A stretch of DNA of 64,000 bases from Macrostomum lignano (Eukaryota), in assembly GCA_002269645.1 (NCBI GenBank), contig NIVC01001071.1, positions 1 to 64,000 of the forward strand, written 5' to 3'. Made by a program: the position numbers and the translations under genes. A model generated the notes under the pieces. The model was not told the origin of the DNA, did no database searches, and saw only the letters and a list, made by a program, of their open reading frames with translations. Within the stretch, counting starts at the first letter, position 1; every line of letters starts with the position of its first letter. Shown here piece by piece: positions 51,218 through 64,000 of the stretch.

Positions 51218-51437
51218 AAGGTTGACAGATATTTTTAGATTTCCAAGGCTTATTGGGGGCATTGCTGAGATGTCAAGGGGGGAAGTTGATATGTTAAAGC
51301 TTGTGGGGGGATAACTGACATGTCAAGGCTTACAAGGTTTGACAGGAGATTTTTTAAGATTTCAAGGATACATGTAGCTTATTAAAAAAACGTGTATTGC
51401 ATTTCTTTGGCTCCCCAACGGGGGCGTAGATTGCTAG

Positions 51438-54400
51438 TCCTATATACTAAAAATGAGTTGTCTGTATATGGGTATGCGATTGATTTCAGAAAAATTGGCT
51501 CAACCGATTTTCTTCAAACTTGCACCATTTGATCAGAAATTTTCCTGGGACGGTACATGCATCTTGGCTAAGAAATTGCTCGATGCTAAAGGCATTAAAT
51601 ATTCGAAAAACATGCTTTCTGCAAAGGTCAAGCAGCTCTTTCGACCTGAAATGCATTGTAAGAATGCTAGAGAAAAAAACTGACTGCCTGAATTCCAATT
51701 GTGAAAAGGATTACATCACAACAAGTTGAAAACAGTGCCGAAGAAATGCACACGACTTGATTTAAATTGCGTAACCATATTGCTAACTTAAATTGAGACT
51801 GATACTGGCTGACTGAGAAATTGATTATGTCATAACTTTTTACTCTAACTGAATTGCAGTAAGAATTGAAGTATAAGGGCCACAATTCATGTTCTCAAAT
51901 TAAAAAGAGATAGCCTAGATGCGAACAGACTGGACTGCTAATGTAGCGACCTGGGTTCGAATCTTAGTAGTGCAAAAATATTTTTTTATTAAAACACCTT
52001 AAAAACACAAAATGCTAAACATAAAAGAAGCACAATGTTAAACATAAAAGAGCCACCATGTCGAACATTAAAGAGCCACCATTTCGAACATTAAAGGCGA
52101 ACATGTCGAACATTAAATAGCCACCATGTCTAACATTAAAGGCTACCATGTCAAACATATATATGACTCCATGTCAAACAATAAAAAGCCACCAAAACAT
52201 AAAAGAGCCACCATGTCAAACATAAAAGAGACACCATGTCAAACATAAAGAGACACAATTTGAAACGAAAAAAAGAAGCGTCATGTCGAACAAAATGGAG
52301 CCATTATAAAGCTATAGAAATTGTTGCACTAGCTACTTGTTCTCTGGTGGATGCTTGCTATTTAAGGATAGATACTTGCTATCAGGGGGATGCTTGCTAT
52401 CGGAAATATGCTTGCTACTAGGGTAACTTGCTATTGGGAGATGCTTGCTCTTGGGGTGGTGGGTACTTGCTATCTGAGAGTGGTTTGCTAGCTATCTATA
52501 AGGACTCTTTGTATCCAGGGATGCTTGCTATCTGAGGTTGCTTGCTATCCGGGAATGCTTGCTATCTGGGGGTTGCTTGCTATCGGGGGGATGCTTGCTA
52601 TCTGGGGTTGCTTGCTATCTGGGGGGTGCTTGCTATCTGGGGGATGCTTGCGGTCTGGGGGATGCTTGCATGCCGTCTGGGGATGCTTGCTCTCTTGGGA
52701 TGTTTTCTGTTTAGAGGGAATGTCTGTTGTTTTTTTTGAAAGCTCGAACATTAAAGAGCCACCATGTCTAACATTATAGAGCCACCATGTCGAACATTAA
52801 AGAGCCACCATGTCGAACATTGAAGAGCCACCATGTCTAACATTATAGAGCCACCATGTCAAACATAAAAGAGCCACCATGTCAAACATAAAAGAGCCAC
52901 CATGTAAAACATAAAAGAGCCACCATGTCAAACATAAAAGAGCCACCATGTCAAACATAAAAGAGCCACCATGTCAAACATAAAAGAGCCACCATGTCAA
53001 ACATATATGTGACTCCATGTCAAACAGTAAAGAGCCACCATGTCAAGCATAAAAGAGCCACCATGTCAAGCATAAAAGAGCCACCATGTCAAACATATTT
53101 GTGACTCCATGTCAAACAGTAAAGAGCCACCATGTCAAGCATAAAAGAGCGACCATGTCGAGCATTAAAGAACCACCATGTTTAACATAAAAGGGCCACC
53201 ATGTCAAACATTAAAGAGCCGCAATGTCAAACATTAAAGAGCCATCATGTCTAACATTAAAGAGCCACCATGTCTAACATTAGAGAGCCACCATGTCTAA
53301 CATTAAAGAGCCACCATGTCGAACATAAAAGAACCACCATGTCGAACATTAAAGAGCCACCATGTCCAACATTTATGTGACTCAATGTCAAACATTATAG
53401 AGCCACCATGTCAAACATAGAAGAGCCACCATGTCGAACGTTAAAGAGCCACCATGTAAAACATTAAAGAGCCGCAATGTCAAACATTGAAGAGCCATCA
53501 TGTCTAACATTAAAGAGCCACCATGTATAACATTAGAGAGCCACCATGTCTAACATTAAAGAGCCACCATGTATAACATTAGAGAGCCACCATGTCTAAC
53601 ATTAAAGAGCCACCATGTATAACATTAGAGAGCCACCATGTCTAACATTAGAGAGCCACCATGTCTAACATTAAAGAGCCACCATGTATAACATTAGAGA
53701 GCCACCATGTCTAACATTAAAGAGCCACCATGTCAAACATGCCACCATGTCGAACATTAAAGAGTCACCATGTCTAACAATAAAAAGCCACCATGTCGAA
53801 CATTAAAGAGCCACCATGTCAAACAGTAAAGAGCGACCATGTCAAGCAAAAAAGAGCCACCATGTCGAACATAAAAGAACCACCATGTCCAACATAAAAG
53901 AGCCACCATGTCAAACATTAAAGAGCCTCAATGTCAAACATTAAAGAGCCACCATGTCTAACATCAGAGAGCCACCATGTCTAACAGTAAAGAGCCACCA
54001 TGTCGAACATTAAAGAGCCACCCTGTCTAACATAAAGAGCCACCATTTCAAACATAAAATTTACACAATTTCAAACGTAAAAGTAAGCGTCATGCCAATT
54101 TTAAAGGAGCCACTATAGAGCTAAGGAAATTGTAGCATTAGCTACTTATTGTATGGTGTATGCTTACTATTTGGGGATGCTTGCTATCTGGGGGATGCTT
54201 GCTATCTGGGGGATGCTTACTATCTGGGGGATGCTTGCTATCTGGGGGCTGCTTGCTATCTGGGGGATGCTTGCTATCCGGGAGGGGGGATGCTTCCTAT
54301 CTGGGGGCTGCTTGCTATCTGGGGGATGCTTGCTATCTGGGGGCTGCTTGCTATCTGGGGGCTGCTTGCTATCCGGGAGGGGGGAGGCTTGCTATCTGGG

Positions 54401-54721
54401 GGATGCTTGCTATCTGGGAGATGCTTGCTATTTGCGGGATGCTTGCTATCTGGGGGATGCTTGCTATCTGGGGGATGCTTGCAATCTGGGGGATGCTTGC
54501 AATCTGGGGGATGCTTGCAATCTGGGGGATGCTTGCAATCTGGGGGATGCTTGCTATCTGGGGGATGCTTGCTGTCTTGGGATGATTTCTTTTTGCATTA
54601 CACTTTTTTTGAGCAGTTTGTCTGTTGTCTTTGTGAAGGCTTTATTTGGCTGTCTTTTTGTTACTTGTAGAGAACAGAGATTCTATCCAGACGTCCCCCA
54701 ACGGGGGGCGAAGATTGCTAG
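51438..54721 (+). mobile_element. Non-autonomous Helitron, array unit 3
   Basis: CTAG|TC junctions at both ends. The satellite A + 18-bp repeat module occurs twice (~52020-52700 and ~52745-54580). Confidence 0.85.
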
Positions 54722-57700
54722 TCCTATATACTAAAAATGAGTTGTCTGTATGTATGTATGTGGGTAGGTAGGTATGCGATAGATTTCAGAAAAATTGGCT
54801 CAACCGATTATCTTCAAACTTGCACCATTCGATCAGAAATTTTCCTGGGACGGTACATGCATCTTGGCTAAGAAATTGCTCAATGTTAAAGGGATTAAAT
54901 ATTCAAAAAACATGCTTTTTTGCAAAGGTCAAGCAGCTCTTTCGACCTGAAATGCATTGTAAGAATGCTAGAGAAAAAACTGACTGACTGAATTCTGATT
55001 GTCATAAAGATTGCATCACAACAAGTTAAAAACAGTGCCGAAGAAATGCACACACGACTTGATTTAAATTGCGTAACCAATATTGCTAACTAAAATTGAG
55101 ACTGATACTGGCTGACTGAGAAATTGATTATGTCATAACTTTTTACTCTAACCGATTTGCTAAAAGAATTGAATTATAAGGGCCACAATTCATGTACTCC
55201 AATTGACAAGAAATAGCATAGATGCGAACAGACTGGACTGCTAATGCAGCGACCTGGGTTCGAATCTTAGTAGTGCAAAAAGATTTTTTTATTCAAAAAC
55301 CTTAAAAACACAAAATGCTAAACACAAAAAAGCACAATGTCAAACATTAAAGAGCCACCATGTCAAACATTAAAGAGCCACCATGTCGAACAATAAAGAG
55401 CCACCATGTCGACCATTAAAGAGCCACCATGTCGACCATTAAAGAGCCACCATGTCTAACATTAAAGAGCCACCATGTCTAACATTAAAGAGCCACCATG
55501 TCGAACATTAAAGAGTCACCATGTCAAACATTAAAGAGCCACCATGTCTAACATTAAAGAGCCACCATGTCCAACATATATGTGACTTCATGTCAAACAT
55601 TAAAGAGCCACCATGTCAAACATTAAAGAGCCACCATATCTAACATTAAAGAGCCACCATTTCAAACATTAAAGTGCCATCATGTCGAACATTAAAGAGC
55701 CACCATGTCCAACATATATGTGACTTCATGTCAAGCATTAAAGAGCCACCATGTCAAACATTAAAGAGCCACCATGTCTAACATTAAAGAGCCACCATGT
55801 CCAACATATATGTGACTTCATGTCAAACATTAAAGAGCCACCATATCAAACATTTTAGAGCCACCATATCTAACATTAAAGAGCCACCATTTCAAACATT
55901 AAAGAGCCATCATGTCGAACATTAAAGAGCCACCATGTCTAACATTAAAGAGCCACCATGTCTAACATTAAAGAGCCACCATGTCCAACATATATGTGAC
56001 TTCATGTCAAACATTAAAGAGCCACCATATCAAACATTTAAGAGCCACCATATCTAACATTAAAGAGCCACCATTTCAAACATTAAAGAGCCATCATGTC
56101 GAACATTAAAGAGCCACCATGTCTTACATTAAAGAGCCACCATGTCTAACATTAGAGAGCCACCATGTCTAACATTAAAGAGCCACCATGTCCAACATAT
56201 ATGTGACTTCATGTCAAACATTAAAGAGCCACCATGTCTAACATTAAAGAGCCACCATGTCTAACATTAAAGAGCCACCATGTCTAACATTAAAGAGCCA
56301 CCATGTCTTACATTAAAGAGCCACCATGTCCAACATATATGTGACTTCATGTCAAACATTAAAGAGCCACCATGTCTAACATTAAAGAGCCACCATATCT
56401 AACATTAAAGAGCCACCATGGCTAACATTAGAGAGCCACCATGTCGAACATTAAAGAGCCATCATGTCAAACATTAAAGAGCCACCATGTCTAACATTAA
56501 AGAGCCACCATGTCTAACATTAAAGAGCCACCATGTCTAACATTAAAGTGCCACAATTTCAAACATTAAAGAGCCTACATGTCGAACATTAAAGAGCCAC
56601 CATGTCTAACATTAAAGAGCCAGCATGTCTAACATTATAGAGCCACCATGTCTAACATTAAAGAGCCACCATGGCTAACATTAAAGAGCCACCATGTCGA
56701 ACATTAAAGAGCCACCATGTCCAACATATATGTGACTTCATGTCAAACATTAAAGAGCCATCATGTCAAACATTAAAGAGCCACCATGTCTAACATAAAA
56801 GGACCACCATGTTAAACATTAAAGAGGCACCATGTCAAAAATTAACAGCCACCATGTCTAACATTAAAGAGCCACCATGTCGAACATTATAGAGCCACCA
56901 TGTCAAACATAAAAGAACCACCATGTCGAACATAAAAGAGCCACCATGTCAAACATTAAAGAGCCACCATGTCGAACATTATAGAGCCACCATATCGAAC
57001 ATTAAAGAGCCATCATGTCGAACATTAAAGAGCCACCATGTCCAACATATATGTGACTTCATGGTAAACATTAAAGAGCCACCATGTCTAACATTAAAGA
57101 GCCACCATGTCTAACATTAAAGAGCCACCATGTCTAACATTAAAGAGCCACCATGTCTAACATTGAAGAGCCACCATGTCGAAAATTAAAGAGCCACCAT
57201 GTCCAACATATATGTGACTTCATGTCAAACATTAAAGAGCCACCATGTCAAACATTACAGAGCCACCATGTCTAACATTAAAGAGCCACCATGTCTAACA
57301 TTAAAGAGCCACCATGTCGAACATTAAAGAGCCACCATGTCTAACATTATAGAGCCACCATGTCGAACATCAAAGAGCCACCATTTCAAACATTAAAAAG
57401 CCATCATTACAGACATTAAAGTGCTACCATGTCAAACATAGAGGAGCCACCATGTCGAACATTAAAGAGTCACCATGTCTAACATTATAGAGCCTCCATG
57501 TCGAACAGTAACGAGTCACCATGTCAAGTATATTCGTGACTCCATGTCAAACATTAAAGAGCCACAATGTCAAACATTAAAGAGCCACCATGTCAATCAT
57601 AAAAGAGCCATCATGTCAAACATAAAAGAGCCATCATGTCTAACATTAAAGAGCCACCATGTCTAACATTAAAGAGCCACCATGTCTAACATTAAAGAGC

Positions 57701-58425
57701 CATCATTACATTAAGGTGCCACCAGGTCAAACATTAAAGAGCCACCATGTCGAACATAAAAGAGCCACCATGTCAAACATAAAAGAGCCACCATGTAAAA
57801 CATAAAAGAGCCATCATGTCAAACATTAAAGAGCCACCATTTCAAACATTAAAGAGCCACAATGTCAAACATAAAACAGCCATTATGTCAAACATAAAAG
57901 AGCCATCATGTCAAACATATATGTGACTCCCTGTCAAACAGTAAGCAGCCACCATGTCTAACATTAAAGAGCCACCATGTCGAACATTAAAGAGCCACCA
58001 AGTCGAACATTAAAGAGCCACCATGTCAAACAATAAAGAGCCACCATGTAGAACATAAAAGAGCCACCATGTCAAACATTAAAGAGCCACCATAAAAGAT
58101 ACACAATTTCAAACGTAAAAGTAAGCGTCATGCCAATTTTAAAGGGGCCACTATAGAGCTAAGGAAATTGTAGCACTTGCTACTTATTGTATGGGGGATG
58201 CTTACTATTTGGGGATGCTTGCTATCTGGGGGATGCTTGCAATCTGGGGGATGCTTGCTATCTGGGGGATGCTTGCTGTCTTGGGATGATTTCTTTTTGC
58301 ATTACACTTTATTTGAGCAGTTTGTCTGTCGTCTTTGTGAAGGCTTTATTTGGCTGTCTTTTTGTTACTTGTAGAGAACAGAGATTCTATCCAGATGTCC
58401 CCCAACGGGGGGCGAAGATTGCTAG
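54722..58425 (+). mobile_element. Non-autonomous Helitron, array unit 4
   Basis: CTAG|TC junctions; satellite A ~55320-58095; short 18-bp block; same 3' hairpin. Confidence 0.85.
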
Positions 58426-61400
58426 TCCTATATACTAAAAATGAGTTGTCTGTGGGTAGGTATGCGATAGATTTCAGAAAAATTGGCTCAACCGATTTTC
58501 TTCAAACTTGCACCATTCGATCAGAAATTTTCCTGGGACGGTACATGCATCTTGACTAAGAAATTGCTCAATGTTAAAGGGATTAAATATTCGAAAAACA
58601 TGCTTTTTTGCAAAGGTCAAGCAAAATTTTCGACTTGAAATGCATTGTAAGAATGCTAGAGAAAAAACTGACTGGGTGAATTCCGATTGTGATAAAGATT
58701 GCATCACAACAAGTTGAAAACAGTGTCAAAGAAATGCACACACGACTTGAATGAAATCGCGTAACCATATTGGCAACTTAAATTGAGACTGATACTGGCT
58801 GACTGAGAAATTGATTATGTCATAACTTTTTACTCCAATTGACTTGCTGTAAGAATTGAATTATAAGGGCCACAATTTATGTTCTCCAATTGAAAAAGAT
58901 AGCCCAGATGCGAACAGACTGGAATGCTAATGTAGCGACCTGGGTTCGAATCTTAGTAGGGCAAAAAAGATTTTTTTTATTAAAACACCTTAAAAACACA
59001 AAACTTCTAAACATAAAAGAAGCGCAATGTCAAACATAGAAGAGCCACCATGTCGAACATAAAAGAGCTAACATATCGAATATTAAAGAGCCACCATGTC
59101 AAACCTAAACGAGCCACCATGTCTAATATTTAAGAGGCACCATATAAAACATATAAGTGACTTTATGTCAAACATAAAAGAGCCACCATTTCGAACATTA
59201 AACAGCCACCATTTCGAGATTAAAGAGCCACCATTTCGAAAATAAAAGAGCCACTATTTCGAACATTAAAGAGCCACCATTTCGAACATTAAAGAGCCAC
59301 CATGTCGACCATAAAAGAGCCACTATTTCGAACATCAAGGAGCCACTATGTCAAACATTGAGGAGCCACTTTTTCGAACATTAAAGAGCCACCATTTCGA
59401 ACTTAAAAGAGCCACCATGTCTATCATTAAAGAGCCACCATGTCAAACATTCAAAAGCCACATTGTCAAACATTTAAGAGCCACTATGTCAAACATTTAG
59501 GAGCCACTTTGTCGAACATTAAAGAGCCACCATGTCAAACATAAAAGAGCCAACATGTCAGACTTTAAAAAAGCCACCGTATCAAATATAAAAGAGTTAC
59601 CATGTAGAACAAAAAAGAGCCACCATTTCGAACAAAAACGAGCCACCATGTCAAACATAAAAGAGCCAACATATCGAATATTAAAGAGCCACCATGTCGA
59701 ACATTAAAGAGCTACCACGTCAAACCTAAACGAGCCACCATGTCTAATATTTAAGAGGCACCATGTAAAACATATAAGTGACTTTATGTCAAACATAAAA
59801 GAGCCACAATTTCGAACATTAAACAGCCACCATATCGAACATTAAAGAGCCACCATGTCGAAAATAAAAGAGCCACTATTTCGAACATCAAAGAGCCACT
59901 ATGTTAAACATTTAGGAGCCACTTTTTCGAACATTAAAGAGCCACCATGTCAAACATAAAAGAGCCAACATGTCAAACATAAAAGAGCCAACATGTCAAA
60001 GATAAAGAGCCACCATGTCAAACATTTAAGAGCCACCATGTCAAACATATATGTGACTTTGTGTTAAACATTAAAGAGCCACCATTTCGAACATTAAAGA
60101 GCCACCATGTCAAACATGAAAGAGCCACCATGTGAAACATTAAAGAGCCACCATGTTTAACATTAAAGAGCCACCATGTTAAACATTTAAGAGCCACCAT
60201 GTCAAACATTCAAAAGCCACTTTGTCGAATATTAAAGAGCCACCATGTCAAACATAAAAGAGCCAACATGTCAGACATTAAAAAGCCACCGTATCAAATA
60301 AAAAAGAGTTAACATGTAGAACAAAAAAGAGCCACCATTTCGAACATAAAAGAGCAAACATGTCAAACATAAAGAGCCACCATGTCAAACATTTAAGAGC
60401 CACCATGTCAAACATATATGTGACTTTATGTCAAACATTAAAGAGCCACCATTTCGGACATAACAGAGCTACCATGTCAAACATTAAAGAGCCACCATGT
60501 CGAACATAAAAGAGCAACCATGTAAAACATTAAAGAGCCACCATGTCAAACATTAAAGAGCCACCATGTCGAACATTAAAGAGCCACCATGTCGAATATT
60601 AAAGAGCCACCATGCCGAACATTAAAGAGCCACCATGTCAAACATTAAAAGTCACCATGCTAAACATTAAAGAGCCACCATATCAATCATAAAAGAGCCA
60701 CCATGTCAAACCTAAAAGAGCCACCATTTCGAACATTAAAGAGCCACCATGTCGACCATAAAAGAGCCACTATTTCGAACATAAAAGATCCACCATGTCA
60801 AACATAAAAGAGCCAACATGTCAAACATAAAAGAGCCAACATGTCAAACATAAAGAGCCACCATGTCGAAAATAAAAGAGCCACTATTTCGAACATTAAA
60901 GAGCCACCATTTCAAACATTAAAGAGCCACCATGTCGACCATAAAAGAGCCACTATTTCGAACATTAAAGATCCACCATTTCAAACATAAAAGAGCCAAC
61001 ATGTCAAACATAAAGAGCCACCATGTCAAACATTGAGGAGCCACCATGTCAAACATATATGTGACTTTGTGTCAAACATTAAAGAGCCACCATTTCGAAC
61101 ATTAAAGAGCCACCATTTCGAACATTAAAGAGCCACCATGTCAAACATGAAAGAGCTATAACATGAAGAATATTAAAGAGCCACCATGTCAAACATGAAA
61201 GAGCTATAACATGAAGAATATTAAAGAGCCACCATGTCGAACATTAAAGAGCCACCATGTCGAACATTTAAGAGCCACCATGTTAAACCTAAAAGAGCCA
61301 CCATGTTAAACCTAAAAGAGCCACCATGTTTAACCTAAAAGAGCCACCATGTTAAACCTAAAAGAGCCACCATGTTCAACCTAAAAGAGCCACCATGTTA

Positions 61401-64000
61401 AACCTAAAAGAGCCATCATGTCAAACCTAAAAGAGCCACCATGTCGAACACTTAAGAGCCACAATGTAAAATATTAAAGAGCCACCATTTTGAACATATA
61501 AGTGACTTTATGTCAAAAATTAAAGAGCCACCATGTCAAACATTAAAAAGCCACCATGTCAAACATTTAAGAGCCACCATGTTAAACATAAAAGAGCCAC
61601 CATGTAGAATATTAAAGAGCCACTATGTTGAACATTAAACAGCCATCATGTCAAACCTAAAAGATCCACAATTTCGAACACTTAAGAGCCACAATGTAGA
61701 ATATTAAAGAGCTACCATGTCAAACATTTAAGAGCCACCATGTCAAACATTTAAGAGCCACCATGTAAAACATTAAAGAGCCACCATTTGAAACATTAAA
61801 GAGTCACCATGTCAAACATTTAAGAGCCACCATGTCAAACATTTAAGAGCCACCATGTCAAACCTAAAAGAGCCACCATGTCAAACCTAAAAGAGCCACC
61901 ATGTCGAACATAAAAGAGCTATACCATGAAAAACATTAAAGAGCCACTTTCTCGAACATTAAAGAGCCACCATGTCAAACATTTAAGAGCCACCATGTCA
62001 AACCTAAAAGAGCCACCATGTCAAACCTAAAAGAGCCACCATGTCGAACATAAAAGAGCTATACCATGAAAAACATTAAAGAGCCACTTTCTTGAACATT
62101 AAGGAGCCACCATGTCAAACATTTAAAAACCACCTTGTCAAACATTAAATAGCCACTTTGTCGAACATTAAAGAGCCACTGTGTCAAACATATATGTGAC
62201 TTTGTGTTAAACATTAAAGAGCCACCATTTCGAACATTAAAGAGCCACCATGTCAAACATGAAAGAGCCACCATGTGAAACATTAAAGAGCCACCATGTT
62301 TAACATTAAAGAGCCACCATGTTAAACATTTAAGAGCCACCATGTCAAACATTCAAAAGCCACTTTGTCGAATATTAAAGAGCCACCATGTCAAACATAA
62401 AAGAGCCAACATGTCAGACATTAAAAAAGCCACCGTATCAAATAAAAAAGAGTTAACATGTAGAACAAAAAAGAGCCACCATTTCGAACATAAAAGAGCA
62501 AACATGTCAAACACAAAGAGCCACCATGTCAAACATTTAAGAGCCACCATGTCAAACATATATGTGACTTTATGTCAAACATTAAAGAGCCACCATTTCG
62601 GACATAACAGAGCTACCATGTCAAACATTAAAGAGCCACCATGTCGAACATAAAAGAGCAACCATGTAAAACATTAAAGAGCCACCATGTCAAACATTAA
62701 AGAGCCACCATGTCGAACATTAAAGAGCCACCATGTCGAATATTAAAGAGCCACCATGCCTAACATTAAAGAGCCACCATGTCAAACATTAAAAGTCACC
62801 ATGCTAAACATTAAAGAGCCACCATATCAATCATAAAAGAGCCACCATGTCAAACCTAAAAGAGCCACCATTTCGAACATTAAAGAGCCACCATGTCGAC
62901 CATAAAAGAGCCACTATTTCGAACATAAAAGATCCACCATGTCAAACATAAAAGAGCCAACATGTCAAACATAAAAGAGCCAACATGTCAAACATAAAGA
63001 GCCACCATGTCGAAAATAAAAGAGCCACTATTTCGAACATTAAAGAGCCACCATTTCAAACATTAAAGAGCCACCATGTCGACCATAAAAGAGCCACTAT
63101 TTCGAACATTAAAGATCCACCATTTCAAACATAAAAGAGCCAACATGTCAAACATAAAGAGCCACCATGTCAAACATTGAGGAGCCACCATGTCAAACAT
63201 ATATGTGACTTTGTGTCAAACATTAAAGAGCCACCATTTCGAACATTAAAGAGCCACCATTTCGAACATTAAAGAGCCACCATGTCAAACATGAAAGAGC
63301 TATAACATGAAGAATATTAAAGAGCCACCATGTCGAACATTAAAGAGCCACCATGTCGAACATTTAAGAGCCACCATGTTAAACCTAAAAGAGCCACCAT
63401 GTTAAACCTAAAAGAGCCACCATGTTAAACCTAAAAGAGCCACCATGTTAAACCTAAAAGAGCCACCATGTTCAACCTAAAAGAGCCACCATGTTAAACC
63501 TAAAAGAGCCATCATGTCAAACCTAAAAGAGCCACCATGTCGAACACTTAAGAGCCACAATGTAAAATATTAAAGAGCCACCATTTTGAACATATAAGTG
63601 ACTTTATGTCAAACATTAAAGAGCCACCATGTCAAACATTAAAAAGCCACCATGTCAAACATTTAAGAGCCACCATGTTAAACATAAAAGAGCCACCATG
63701 TAGAATATTAAAGAGCCACTATGTTGAACATTAAACAGCCATCATGTCAAACCTAAAAGATCCACCATTTCGAACACTTAAGAGCCACAATGTAGAATAT
63801 TAAAGAGCTACCATGTCAAACATTTAAGAGCCACTATGTCAAACCTAAAAGAGCCACCATGTCAAACCTAAAAGAGCCACCATGTCGAACATAAAAGAGC
63901 TATACCATGAAAAACATTAAAGAGCCACTTTCTCGAACATTAAAGAGCCACCATGTCAAACATTTAAGAGCCACCATGTCAAACCTAAAAGAGCCACCAT
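58426..64000 (+). mobile_element. Non-autonomous Helitron, array unit 5 (runs off the window)
   Basis: Starts TCCTATATACT at 58426; 23-bp satellite A (tcaaacattaaagagccaccatg) from ~59015 to the window end. Confidence 0.85.

Larger units (their letters stand above)
46995..51437 (+). mobile_element. Non-autonomous Helitron, array unit 2 (divergent variant)
   Basis: Starts TCCTATATACT right after unit 1's CTAG. Has a diverged 5' region, a different 23-bp satellite and a repeated 3' module; ends ggctccccaacgggggcgtagattgCTAG. Confidence 0.85.

Noticed and set aside
16119-62653. Many long ORFs with periodic peptides (e.g. [81 protein letters not shown])
   Set aside because: They are translations of tandem repeats open in several frames and on both strands, without splice-consistent gene structure.
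44455-64000. Regular 23-bp (and 82-bp, 42-bp) repeats as CRISPR-like arrays
   Set aside because: Monomers are directly adjacent with no unique spacers, there are no cas genes, and the context is eukaryotic and intron-rich.

Overview
This is eukaryotic (metazoan, probably invertebrate) genomic DNA dominated by repeats; species not identified. I can model four intron-containing host genes: eIF1A (+, 15319-24139), an unknown signal-peptide protein (-, 29767-25666), a PAN/Apple + LamG-like secreted protein (+, 33107-34724), and a minus-strand gene made of five tandem WSC-domain exons in a 716-bp repeat (39409-42601; 5' end not found in the window). Mobile elements: a decayed MULE transposase (~1-2.7 kb), an intron-containing Crypton-type tyrosine recombinase relic, and a full-length but inactivated Ty3/Gypsy element (4787-14281; paired LTRs, ATAG TSD, tRNA-Leu PBS, an extra ORF behind an internal promoter-like segment). 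eIF1A intron 1 holds a Helitron > TIR element > hAT MITE nest, and a foldback/MULE-type element with a 9-bp TSD lies at 36092-37376. From 43876 to the window end runs a head-to-tail array of non-autonomous Helitrons (hairpin-CTAG|TC junctions), each with its own 23-bp satellite. Most notable: the Helitron/satellite macro-array, TA-GGCC-TA micro-insertions shown by LTR comparison, decayed PBS copies inside the LTR, and C>T decay extending beyond CpG. All calls come from manual reading; no database searches were run.
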